The translations under genes were made by a program, and so were the position numbers. DNA of 64,000 nucleotides from a virus, in IMG/VR virus record IMGVR_UViG_3300021197_001243, positions 19,757-83,756 of that record. One strand, given 5' to 3'. This document shows positions 40,632-49,350 of this stretch, in pieces (position 1 is the first letter of the stretch; each line of letters opens with the position of its first letter). Under the pieces are notes generated by a model that searched no databases, was not told the origin of the DNA, and saw only the letters and a program-made list of their open reading frames with translations.

Positions 40632-42086
40632 TTACGATGCTACGCACTCGATGTCAAGGCTAGTATCAAATCTGCTCAAGCAGACAGCACCAGTCTTCAA
40701 CATGTGTACAGAAGCACCATCTACGTCAGATGCACGAGAAGTGTTTGCATCGAATCCTCGAGGCACAACAGATCCAGGTACACACCATCGTAGGTGTTCG
40801 CGTCCTTTCTTAGAGATCATCTTAAGGTTTGCTTTTCCGTCATAATTAGACTGGTCAACAAATACCATACGATAAGACTCTAAAGAATATCCAGTTACTG
40901 GATGAAGAGCTCGAGCACGAGCAACAGGACCGTGATCAAACAACGGCATTTTCACAACATTAACAGCATGACCGTCAATGTGCTCATAACGCTTGAAGTA
41001 TCCTGTAAGTCCAAGATTTCTTCCTGATCCGTTGATGAACTCAGTAGTTGCACTTGCTTGCCACTGATTTGCATTGAAGTAAGCCTTCATTGCAGCATCA
41101 AATTCTCTCATACCACCAGTACCAGTGTAAAGAGTAACCTGCTTTTGGTTAGCATCAGTCATTCCGTAGAATAGGTCACCAATGATGTTCAAAAGTTGGT
41201 TTTCAGTCAAAGTAGCATAAGTCTCACGGTTGATGATTTGCTCAAGAAGACCTGGGCCAACAACAACTGGCTGTCCATTCTCATCTCGCATATTTACAAC
41301 ACCGTCATCGCCATACGTACGCTGACCGTACCAGTACATCATCTCGCATTCTTCTTTGAACTCAAGCATGTGCTGGTATTCTTCGTAATCCATCCAAAGT
41401 TTTGTAGTACCTCCGCCTTTCTTAGGAAGTGCGAACTCAGCTACAAAATCTTTAGCGTTACCTGACATATGGTAAGACTTACGTACTGTGGTAAGCTTGT
41501 TACGTACAAGCCCTGGAGCTTGCCAGTTAGAAGCATTTCCACGAGAGAAGTCTACTCCAACAGGTGCAAACAACTGAGCCCATAGGTCTCCCGCTGTAAA
41601 TCCTGTAGTTAGAACTGTAGCTGCTGCTGGGTTTACAAGTTGAAGAGTATATACCCATCCTTGTCCAGTGCTTGAAGCTACAGGCTCTCTCATAATACGA
41701 GCTTGCTCTCCTGCTCCGTTCACAAGAACGTAAGGAAATACAAACCACTTATCAGGGAATGTTAGTTCAAAAGTAGATCCTCCCTGTCCTAGGTTAGTTC
41801 CACCGTTAGTGACTGCCACAGGGCGAGTCATAAGTTTTCGAGTTGCTACACGATATTCATACTCCAATCGGTCAATAGATTCAACATTACCTACACCTTC
41901 TGACATAAAAGAAAGTGGGAAACGCATATCATCTCGTCCTGCGAGGTGTGTGATTATCGGAGACAATTCAGTCGGCTTTGACAACATTGCGTTAGCCAGA
42001 CTGTTCATGTCTGTCATCTGCGCATCGTTGAAAGTCGTGCGTACGACGGAAATATTCTCTCCGCCATTTCTTGGTCCATTAATCAT
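40632..42086 (-). CDS. Major capsid protein (crAss-like, HK97 fold)
   Basis: MTDMNSLAN...FPLSFMSEG...RNKLTTVRKS...KLWMDYEE...MYWYG...GPGLLEQI...LYTGTGGMREFD...PLFDHG...HPVTGYSLESYRMVFVD is the crAss MCP signature. Followed by a terminator. Confidence 0.92.
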   Translation of the reverse strand: MINGPRNGGENISVVRTTFNDAQMTDMNSLANAMLSKPTELSPIITHLAGRDDMRFPLSFMSEGVGNVESIDRLEYEYRVATRKLMTRPVAVTNGGTNLGQGGSTFELTFPDKWFVFPYVLVNGAGEQARIMREPVASSTGQGWVYTLQLVNPAAATVLTTGFTAGDLWAQLFAPVGVDFSRGNASNWQAPGLVRNKLTTVRKSYHMSGNAKDFVAEFALPKKGGGTTKLWMDYEEYQHMLEFKEECEMMYWYGQRTYGDDGVVNMRDENGQPVVVGPGLLEQIINRETYATLTENQLLNIIGDLFYGMTDANQKQVTLYTGTGGMREFDAAMKAYFNANQWQASATTEFINGSGRNLGLTGYFKRYEHIDGHAVNVVKMPLFDHGPVARARALHPVTGYSLESYRMVFVDQSNYDGKANLKMISKKGREHLRWCVPGSVVPRGFDANTSRASDVDGASVHMLKTGAVCLSRFDTSLDIECVAS

Positions 42087-42111
42087 TTGTTTTCAATTTA
42101 AAATTCGGAGA

Positions 42112-43215
42112 TCAGCCTCCTAGGTTGTTAATATCAAAGTCTAAAGACTCAAATCCACTGTTAGAGCTATTTGATTTAGATCTAACACTCTTAGCCTTTT
42201 TACTATGACTTTCCAACTTTGTCTTTAGGGATTTAGCAGCTTTAGTAGTTGCTCTCTTCCCAATATATTTATCAATATCAAATCCTTTAAACATCAAGAA
42301 GTCTACAGCCAATTTCTGGTCCATACCTGCTTGATGAAAATCTATATCTCTTTGAGTTGCCCCAGTAGAGTCTATAGGTTTTGATATATAGTCGAAGAAT
42401 TTACCCTTATCTCTTTGTGAGATAGGAATCCCCGATAAGTTATCTGCTTCTGAGATTGTGGTACTTACATTCTCCCACATCTGCGCAGTTTGAGCATGTC
42501 TTTCTGCATTTACTCTTCTTTGATCTTCCAAAGTAGCTTCTCTTTGAAGAGCTTGTGCATCAGAAAGTGCTTTTTTAGCAGCCTCAGCTTTATCTTTTAG
42601 AGTTCCTTTATCTTCGTATGATTCTAACATATCTCCAATAAAATCCTTCTCTGTACCTCTTGCTATAAAGTAATCCGTAAGAACTCTTTTTTGCGAATTG
42701 GTATCATCTTCTTTAATTTCTATTCTAGAGTAATCTGTTTCAGGAGTAAAGGCCCTCATAAACTCATTAGGGTCTCCACCTTGTTGCACATACTCTAAAT
42801 GCTTTTGCACTGTAGGAAATCTTTCAAAAAGACTATCTAAAGTTTCGACAGCAAGTTTTTCAGAAATAGTTTGAGTGAGCTTAGTAAGCCCTTCAGTCGT
42901 GTCTTCAAATTCATCATCAATTTCATATCCAAATTTTTCTAAAATTTCACCAACCACTGTAGATTCTTCTTCAGTGTCTGTATCTTCATCTTTAGGTTCG
43001 ACTCTTAAAGGAGATTCTTCAACCTCATCTATAGTCTCATCTACATCCTCTGTTTCAGTCTCTGCTACAGGTTCTTCAATATCTGCAGGTTTTATTTCTG
43101 CAGCGGGTTCTACTTCTTTTGTAGGCTCTTCCTTAGCAGGTTCTTCCCTTACCGGCTGAGGAGTCAGTATATCATCAAATTCGATATCTAACGGCTCTAT
43201 TTGATTATCTTTCAT
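42112..43215 (-). CDS. Acidic scaffold-like protein upstream of MCP (conserved crAss capsid-module gene)
   Basis: Highly acidic low-complexity N-terminus and helical core; sits immediately upstream of the MCP. Confidence 0.7.
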   Translation of the reverse strand: MKDNQIEPLDIEFDDILTPQPVREEPAKEEPTKEVEPAAEIKPADIEEPVAETETEDVDETIDEVEESPLRVEPKDEDTDTEEESTVVGEILEKFGYEIDDEFEDTTEGLTKLTQTISEKLAVETLDSLFERFPTVQKHLEYVQQGGDPNEFMRAFTPETDYSRIEIKEDDTNSQKRVLTDYFIARGTEKDFIGDMLESYEDKGTLKDKAEAAKKALSDAQALQREATLEDQRRVNAERHAQTAQMWENVSTTISEADNLSGIPISQRDKGKFFDYISKPIDSTGATQRDIDFHQAGMDQKLAVDFLMFKGFDIDKYIGKRATTKAAKSLKTKLESHSKKAKSVRSKSNSSNSGFESLDFDINNLGG

Positions 43216-43220
43216 TATTA

Positions 43221-43291
43221 CAAAATTAAATGGAATGTTTTATTACACCCAATAATATTCTTTTTTATAAGTGTAGTTATAATATAGCATT
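43221..43291 (-). promoter_or_regulatory. Late promoter: TAATTTTG -7 element plus upstream AATGCTATATTATAA box
   Basis: TAnnTTTG at 43221-43228, 5 nt before the ATG. The upstream box at 43277-43291 is shared with the portal promoter. Confidence 0.65.
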
Positions 43292-43294
43292 TTA

Positions 43295-46200
43295 CTATTG
43301 ATATCTATGTAAACCTCCATCTCTAAATTCTTTTCTACCAGTATTATCCCCATAATTTACATATCCTTCAGGAATAGTTTCCCATTTTTTAGTTTTTCTA
43401 TTATATCTAGGAAGTCCTTTAGCATCATAAGTTTCTGCTGTACCAAAGGTTATAGCATTAGTAGGTGCTACAGTTGGCTCAATTATATCTTCATTGCCTA
43501 CTTCTGTAGGTAATAAATTCGGGTGTTTAACTGGCATCTGTTTAATTGGATCAATCTTATTCCACCAATTTCCTGGTGGAGGAAATCGTGTTGAAGTAGT
43601 AGGAGTAGGAGATGTTTGATTTTTAATGTAGCTGTCTGGAACTCCTTTTGAGCCATATTTCTCTACCCGCATCTTTTTTTGCTCTGGAGTAAGCATATCA
43701 AAAGGTGTAATAGCCAAATCATCATATGTATATATATGCACTTTTCTTGAATTTACTTCATGAGAGCCGTCTCTTGGAAGAGCAGTTAATTCAGCTTCTC
43801 CTTGCGGATCGATAAACCTATGTCTATACGTTGTAGGAAAGTCATCATCATCTCCACCACCCTGCCACCAATCTTTAGCTCCAACAAGATTTCCTTTTCT
43901 AGTTGGGGGAGATGAATTTGGGTCTAAATTCTTTTTTTCATAGTTTAAAGCGTCTACCAGTCCTTGAGAATCTTCAGACCATCCCTCTCTGGTCAGGAGT
44001 TGTGAATTATACATATCATCTGCTTGAGATGAGCTGCTTGTTTCTAAAAATTTAACATCTTTAGTTCCTTTGGCTATTAAGTCCGCAAGTATTTTATTGT
44101 TCTGCAATAAATTTATAGAGTCCAACCTTGTTGGAACTCCAGCATTTTGATATTTAGGTAAACCTCCGTTTTGATAATTTGTTACAACTTTACGTTCTCC
44201 AGTATTATCTCCAGGGTTATAGGTTCTTGTTGCTTTCCCTTCCTTTGCCAAATTTCTATGAGCAGTAAACAGTCTACCAGAAGGTTTTGACGGTTTAGCG
44301 TATTGTTGCATCCGTCTTATTTGTCGGTTTTGCTCTACCCATTCAGGAGGTTTTTCATATTCCATTCTAGAAGTTGCCATTACTGGTGAAGGTTTAGGAT
44401 ATATTGGATTTATAGAGTCTGTACTATCTAGATAAACCCCAGTAGATTTTATAGTGGGATGTATATAATCCATACTTTCAGATACATCCAGGTATCCTTT
44501 TTGATCTAATTGATCGTGCATTTTTCTATATGCCTCAAGAATAGCTTCTCTAGGCCCACCTACAGGATTACTAAAAAACTCACTTTTATCGTCATTGAAT
44601 GCGTTATACATTACGCCATCAAGTTCTGTAGGGGATTTAGTATCTAGATGATGTTTTTTAAAAACTTCTGGGTGAAAATGATCACCTAACTTCCCTTCAT
44701 CCATTTCCCTTTGAAGCCTCTCTCTCTTCGACTCTACAGGAGAAGCTTTAAATGCTGCTTCCATTGCCGCACGATCTTTTATTTCTTTTTCTCTTTCTTC
44801 TGGAGACAAAGAGTTTAAATGTTCTTGCAGTTTTACTTCAAATTCTTTACCTTCTTTTCTTTCAATAGCTTTCTCTTCTTGCGCTGCAACAATATCAAGT
44901 TCTTTCTGTAGATTCATCATATCCCACAAAAGAATACTATCGTTTCTTGAAGGTGCTATAGGATTTGTAGGAGTAGTTGCCACTCCAGCCATCTGATATT
45001 TAGGTATAGGGCCTCCGGTTTGATGATTACGTATTTGTCTATCAAATCTTCTTACCGATCTATCAGCTCTATTGGATGTCATTCCTTGATCCATTAAAGA
45101 CTCTTTATACGATTCATCATGAACTGCATCTATAGGGGGTAAATCGTATCCCTTTTTCTTAAGTTTATGAAAATCAGAGTTTACTACAGGATTGATTTCT
45201 TGCCTTATAAATTTATTAGTTTTTTTCCATGCTTCTTTTCTAGATAAATTCTTATCAGCTAGGTGATACTTGTAAATATCCTCTCTAAGATTATTTCGAT
45301 TCTCTCTATCACTATCTCCAACATTGAGCATATTTTGCCCAGTAATATCTGGGTAAGACCCTGATTCATTTGGAACTCCTGTATTGTAACCATATTGGGC
45401 TCCCATTCCAGTTCCAAAGAAAGGGCTGTATCCAAATCTCTTAGCATTCCAATGTTTATCTCCCTCGTATTCTACCTCTGGGTAATCTGCACTAATATCT
45501 GGATATAATCTACCAGTTCCTTTTTGGGCTTTTATATTATATCCTTGCCTTCCTTTAGACACATAATCTTCTACCCATTCTGTTTCCCACCCTTTTTTCT
45601 CTGGTTTTTTATCAGGGTCACTCCATAAATTCAAAGACTCCTGATATCCTACCCCCGGCTTATTTCTTGTACTCAGCCATCCAGAGCGAGTCACTGGGTC
45701 TGTAGTATGGTTTTTACCTTTTCCAACAGAATACAATCTATAAAACTCTGATTCAGCACGAGTTTCTGGTCTTTCAGTATTTCGTCTAATACTTCTTTTT
45801 GTAAGTGGATCTGTTTCTCCTCCGTCTTCATACTTAGGTATTGGCCCTCCGTATTTAAACTTATTTTTAGCTCTTAATCTACTTTTCTCTACTGCGTCCC
45901 AACCAGCCTGTCCATATCTTTCAATATATTTTTCTTTAGACCATATACTCCCGTCAGGCATTTTAATATTATATCCAGGCCTTTCTTCATGTTCCATTCT
46001 AGAAGTTGCCATTGTCTTCTTTATGGGTTCTACAACTTCTTCTACAACAGGCTCTGCAGTAGGAGTGTCTTTAGATTTAATTGGAGCAGTTGTTTTCAAT
46101 GTCCAAGGTATAGGTTTAATAGGTGCTACAGCTTTTGGATCGTTTAGATTTAGGCTTTTAACCTTAACAGCATTGTCAACCCCTTTTTTACGGCTTATAA

Positions 46201-48907
46201 CATCTTTTAGAGCGTCATACCCTAATGTATCTGCAACATTATTGTTTCGGGGATAAGATCGCATAAAAGGTAAATCTGTATGTATCCACGTTTTTGCATT
46301 GTTCGTCCACGATGATAAATAATATTCTGCATCATTTATCCATTCGGAATCATAGTCAGATACTTCGTTTTCACCCTTTAGTATTGCTTGAAGTAAATTA
46401 TTATCTACAGTTGGTGTATCACTAACAAACTTAGGTGTCCACTTACTTGCTCTCGGATCATGTTTATCAACACGCGCATTTTCTACGGAATCAAGTAAGC
46501 CTAGATGCTTATCAAACATAGTTTTAAACTCGGAGCTATCCGCATATGCTTCTGTTCGTCGTTTATTTAAATGCTTAAATCTTGCATTTAATAGGCGTAA
46601 ATTGTAATTATCTAAATTTTTGTCTCCTGTCATTTGATAATTAAGCTCTTCTCCTGGTCCACGAAGAGTTGATGCATCTAGTAATTCTTTAAGATTAGAT
46701 TTTGATCTCGTGCTATCTTTTTCTTTTTTATTAGGATCTGTAGGATCAACTTCTCCTCCGTTTTTGTACGTATGTAGACTTCTCATTCTACTAGATAGTT
46801 TTGGAGTTTTATCCGAAGCAAGCTCAGTTGTATATCTTTTCCCTTCAAAAGTGAACTCTTTTTCTCCAGCAGCTCTTGCCTGTCTAAATGCTTCTCCACG
46901 AGTCATAGTTTTTTCTACAGGTCTCTGTTCAAATCCCATGACTGATTCAGCCATAGTAGTTCTTGATTTAGGTTCAGGAGTAGTATCTAAGTTCCAGTTT
47001 CTTACAATAGTAGAATCAGGATATCCTAATTCTCTTAATTGATTGTAAGAGTATTTTTTACCATCAGTATGCATAAGATTTACAGCCTCTCTATCTCCTT
47101 GCCATTCTTTTTCAGGACCTCCCGTTTGATATCTATGTATGCCTCCGTTTTGATAACCCATATAACCTTTCATACTCCTATTTCTATCAGGATCTGTTAT
47201 AGAGTCCATAAGTTCTTTATCTAAAGCTCTGTATTCTCCTTTTCCTCCAAAATTCTTCTCTTCGTGTTCAAAAATTTGATCTTCAGTGACTCCATGCTTT
47301 TCCATATAAGCTTTATTATAACGAGTACTTCTACTTTTCAGTTTCTTTTCCCATTCTGCAGCACCACGATCAGCTAAATCTTTTTGTCTCCAAGGAAATG
47401 CTCCATACTGAGACGCACTTTGATCTTCGTCTTCTCCTGAAAACATTCCTCCTGTAGGTTGTCCTTTTTGATGCAAAGCTCCTTCAAGGATATTTACTCC
47501 TTCCATCATTGTAAGAGCAGGTCCAAGTATTTTAGTAAAGTGAGAAAGAACATTTCCATAAGGTATTTTAAACTTTCTTATATATTCAGCAGCAGTTTTT
47601 CCAAATTTATCATACCCTGCTTTACTTCCTGTACCATAAAGTTTTTCTCCTAAGTAATCCATTGCTTTAGGTAGACCTGTCTTGTCGACCATTTTTCCTA
47701 CATCAAATTTTCCTAAATATTCTTTTCTAGCTCTCGCAAGACCTTCTTTACCTACCCATCCTTTTTCTGCTGCAATTGCTGCAGCTTCTTCTGCTACAGA
47801 AGCATTTCCCCCAGCAAGACTTAAATATTTATAATCAGGTATAATATTACCCCCTTTTAATCCTTCTACTCCTCCTAATCCTATTCTAGAACCACTTAAA
47901 GGATTATGAACTCCTTTAGGAAATAAATAAGAGTCTTTAAAAAGTCTACCAGGGCTATCCCAAGCTGCTAAAAAAGGTCCCATACCCTTTTCAACTCCTT
48001 CTGCAACACTTTTATAAGCTGAATTTTCAGGTTTTTCTGTCCATTCTTCTAATTTATCAATATCGTGTAAAGAAGTAGTTAGTCCTAAGAATGGAGTAGG
48101 AAGACTCCCAGCCATTTCAACTCCCCCATATAAAAATCCAGGCATAACTTCTGAAGTATCTTCCTCCATTCCTAGATTTTTTAATACATAGTTTTTTGCT
48201 TGTCTTAGTTTATGATTAGAAAGTAAAACACCTCCTCCTGGACCTGTAGGGTCTATGTCTGTTTCTATACCAACTCCTAGTGGATCAGAATAAGGAAAAT
48301 AACTTCTTACTCCTACACCAGGACCCCCTGCAGAAGTAAATGTTCCAGTACCTTCAAATCCTATTCTTGAAAATTCTTCTCTTGGAGAGGTTAAGTAAGG
48401 TTTTCCCTCTACTTCATATTCTTGAGGTGTACCCCACCATTCTTGTAATTTATTATCTGCTCCTCTAAGAACACCTTTATTACTATTACTTTCTCTAGAT
48501 TCTAAGTCTTTTAAAAATTTTAATTGCTCTTTTAATTTTTTAGAATCTGTTTCTTTTTTTACAGCCTGTTCAGATGCGTACACATTATCTGCTGCTAAAG
48601 GCTTTTTTACACCAGCTATCTGGTATTTAGGTAAACCTCCGTTTTGATACTCAGGATTTTGAGTTCTGTAAGTCGGGCCAAAAGGACGTCGATTTCTTCC
48701 TTGTTGTGGACCGTTAGCATAAACTCCAAAAGAAGGATTTGTATTTGTAAACTTACTTTGGTCCGTGTAAGGAGTTTCAGATACAGGAAGAGTATTGTAA
48801 TTAGAAATTACAGGTGTATCTAAAGCATTTTTAGGGACAAACCTTTTTATATCATCAAGACTAGATGACTGCAGTTTAGGAGAAAACTTTATTTTCTTTC
48901 TTTTCAT
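43295..48907 (-). CDS. 1870-aa modular protein punctuated by YQxGG-type repeats; putative internal virion (poly)protein
   Basis: Long ORF between portal and scaffold. Seven motif clusters (e.g. YQNGGLPKYQIAG, YQNGGIHRYQTGG, FKYGGPIPKYEDGG). Contains a small GEAFRQARAAGEKEFTFEGKRYTT domain. Confidence 0.75.
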   Translation of the reverse strand: MKRKKIKFSPKLQSSSLDDIKRFVPKNALDTPVISNYNTLPVSETPYTDQSKFTNTNPSFGVYANGPQQGRNRRPFGPTYRTQNPEYQNGGLPKYQIAGVKKPLAADNVYASEQAVKKETDSKKLKEQLKFLKDLESRESNSNKGVLRGADNKLQEWWGTPQEYEVEGKPYLTSPREEFSRIGFEGTGTFTSAGGPGVGVRSYFPYSDPLGVGIETDIDPTGPGGGVLLSNHKLRQAKNYVLKNLGMEEDTSEVMPGFLYGGVEMAGSLPTPFLGLTTSLHDIDKLEEWTEKPENSAYKSVAEGVEKGMGPFLAAWDSPGRLFKDSYLFPKGVHNPLSGSRIGLGGVEGLKGGNIIPDYKYLSLAGGNASVAEEAAAIAAEKGWVGKEGLARARKEYLGKFDVGKMVDKTGLPKAMDYLGEKLYGTGSKAGYDKFGKTAAEYIRKFKIPYGNVLSHFTKILGPALTMMEGVNILEGALHQKGQPTGGMFSGEDEDQSASQYGAFPWRQKDLADRGAAEWEKKLKSRSTRYNKAYMEKHGVTEDQIFEHEEKNFGGKGEYRALDKELMDSITDPDRNRSMKGYMGYQNGGIHRYQTGGPEKEWQGDREAVNLMHTDGKKYSYNQLRELGYPDSTIVRNWNLDTTPEPKSRTTMAESVMGFEQRPVEKTMTRGEAFRQARAAGEKEFTFEGKRYTTELASDKTPKLSSRMRSLHTYKNGGEVDPTDPNKKEKDSTRSKSNLKELLDASTLRGPGEELNYQMTGDKNLDNYNLRLLNARFKHLNKRRTEAYADSSEFKTMFDKHLGLLDSVENARVDKHDPRASKWTPKFVSDTPTVDNNLLQAILKGENEVSDYDSEWINDAEYYLSSWTNNAKTWIHTDLPFMRSYPRNNNVADTLGYDALKDVISRKKGVDNAVKVKSLNLNDPKAVAPIKPIPWTLKTTAPIKSKDTPTAEPVVEEVVEPIKKTMATSRMEHEERPGYNIKMPDGSIWSKEKYIERYGQAGWDAVEKSRLRAKNKFKYGGPIPKYEDGGETDPLTKRSIRRNTERPETRAESEFYRLYSVGKGKNHTTDPVTRSGWLSTRNKPGVGYQESLNLWSDPDKKPEKKGWETEWVEDYVSKGRQGYNIKAQKGTGRLYPDISADYPEVEYEGDKHWNAKRFGYSPFFGTGMGAQYGYNTGVPNESGSYPDITGQNMLNVGDSDRENRNNLREDIYKYHLADKNLSRKEAWKKTNKFIRQEINPVVNSDFHKLKKKGYDLPPIDAVHDESYKESLMDQGMTSNRADRSVRRFDRQIRNHQTGGPIPKYQMAGVATTPTNPIAPSRNDSILLWDMMNLQKELDIVAAQEEKAIERKEGKEFEVKLQEHLNSLSPEEREKEIKDRAAMEAAFKASPVESKRERLQREMDEGKLGDHFHPEVFKKHHLDTKSPTELDGVMYNAFNDDKSEFFSNPVGGPREAILEAYRKMHDQLDQKGYLDVSESMDYIHPTIKSTGVYLDSTDSINPIYPKPSPVMATSRMEYEKPPEWVEQNRQIRRMQQYAKPSKPSGRLFTAHRNLAKEGKATRTYNPGDNTGERKVVTNYQNGGLPKYQNAGVPTRLDSINLLQNNKILADLIAKGTKDVKFLETSSSSQADDMYNSQLLTREGWSEDSQGLVDALNYEKKNLDPNSSPPTRKGNLVGAKDWWQGGGDDDDFPTTYRHRFIDPQGEAELTALPRDGSHEVNSRKVHIYTYDDLAITPFDMLTPEQKKMRVEKYGSKGVPDSYIKNQTSPTPTTSTRFPPPGNWWNKIDPIKQMPVKHPNLLPTEVGNEDIIEPTVAPTNAITFGTAETYDAKGLPRYNRKTKKWETIPEGYVNYGDNTGRKEFRDGGLHRYQ
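44151..44176. repeat. 26-bp exact direct repeat, copy 1 (copy 2 at 48624-48649)
   Basis: TATTTAGGTAAACCTCCGTTTTGATA at both sites; encodes YQNGGLPKY on the minus strand. Confidence 0.9.
44360..44381. repeat. 22-bp exact direct repeat, copy 1 (copy 2 at 45992-46013)
   Basis: TTCCATTCTAGAAGTTGCCATT at both sites; encodes MATSRME. Confidence 0.9.
45992..46013. repeat. 22-bp exact direct repeat, copy 2
   Basis: Identical to 44360-44381. Confidence 0.9.
48624..48649. repeat. 26-bp exact direct repeat, copy 2
   Basis: Identical to 44151-44176. Confidence 0.9.
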
Positions 48908-49350
48908 TTCCTTTTGCTTTTCCGGTATTTTTCAATCTTTTCGGAAAAGGAAAGGTCTTTAAGTGGTCTTTCAACAACTCCGCCTGCTCGGTATTGTGTA
49001 GGGTTTTCTATAACTGTATCTACCTTTGGACCCATAGGAACATTGTCTATTCCAGGAGGAACAGCTTCGTAAGATCTTACAAGTCCTCCTTGAGAGTCAA
49101 ATCCTTGCATATCTACAGGATAGTCCATACCCATTGTATTAAAATCTTGTCCTCCAGTGTTAGGAAAAGCCATAGATCTTGGTGGGCCCTCAGTTAATCC
49201 TATTTGTTGTTCTTGAGGAGTAGATGCTATATCCATACCTTGTTGCTCTTGCATATTTAAGGCTTCTTGCTGGTCTATAAGCTCAGTTATACTTCCAAAA
49301 TAAGCAGGATCAGACTCCCAAGCACTTCGCATTATATCTAAAGCATCCAT
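48904..49350 (-). CDS. Hypothetical protein downstream of portal (148 aa)
   Basis: Coupled to both neighbours (TAATG and ATGA overlaps). FNTMGMDYPVDMQG...VIENP core followed by QYRAGG. Confidence 0.7.
   Translation of the reverse strand: MDALDIMRSAWESDPAYFGSITELIDQQEALNMQEQQGMDIASTPQEQQIGLTEGPPRSMAFPNTGGQDFNTMGMDYPVDMQGFDSQGGLVRSYEAVPPGIDNVPMGPKVDTVIENPTQYRAGGVVERPLKDLSFSEKIEKYRKSKRK

Noticed and set aside
43295-48907. CRISPR array or diversity-generating retroelement as the explanation for the repeats
   Set aside because: The repeats are in-frame coding motifs hundreds of bases apart, with no regular spacers, no adenine-specific TR/VR pair and no reverse transcriptase in the window.
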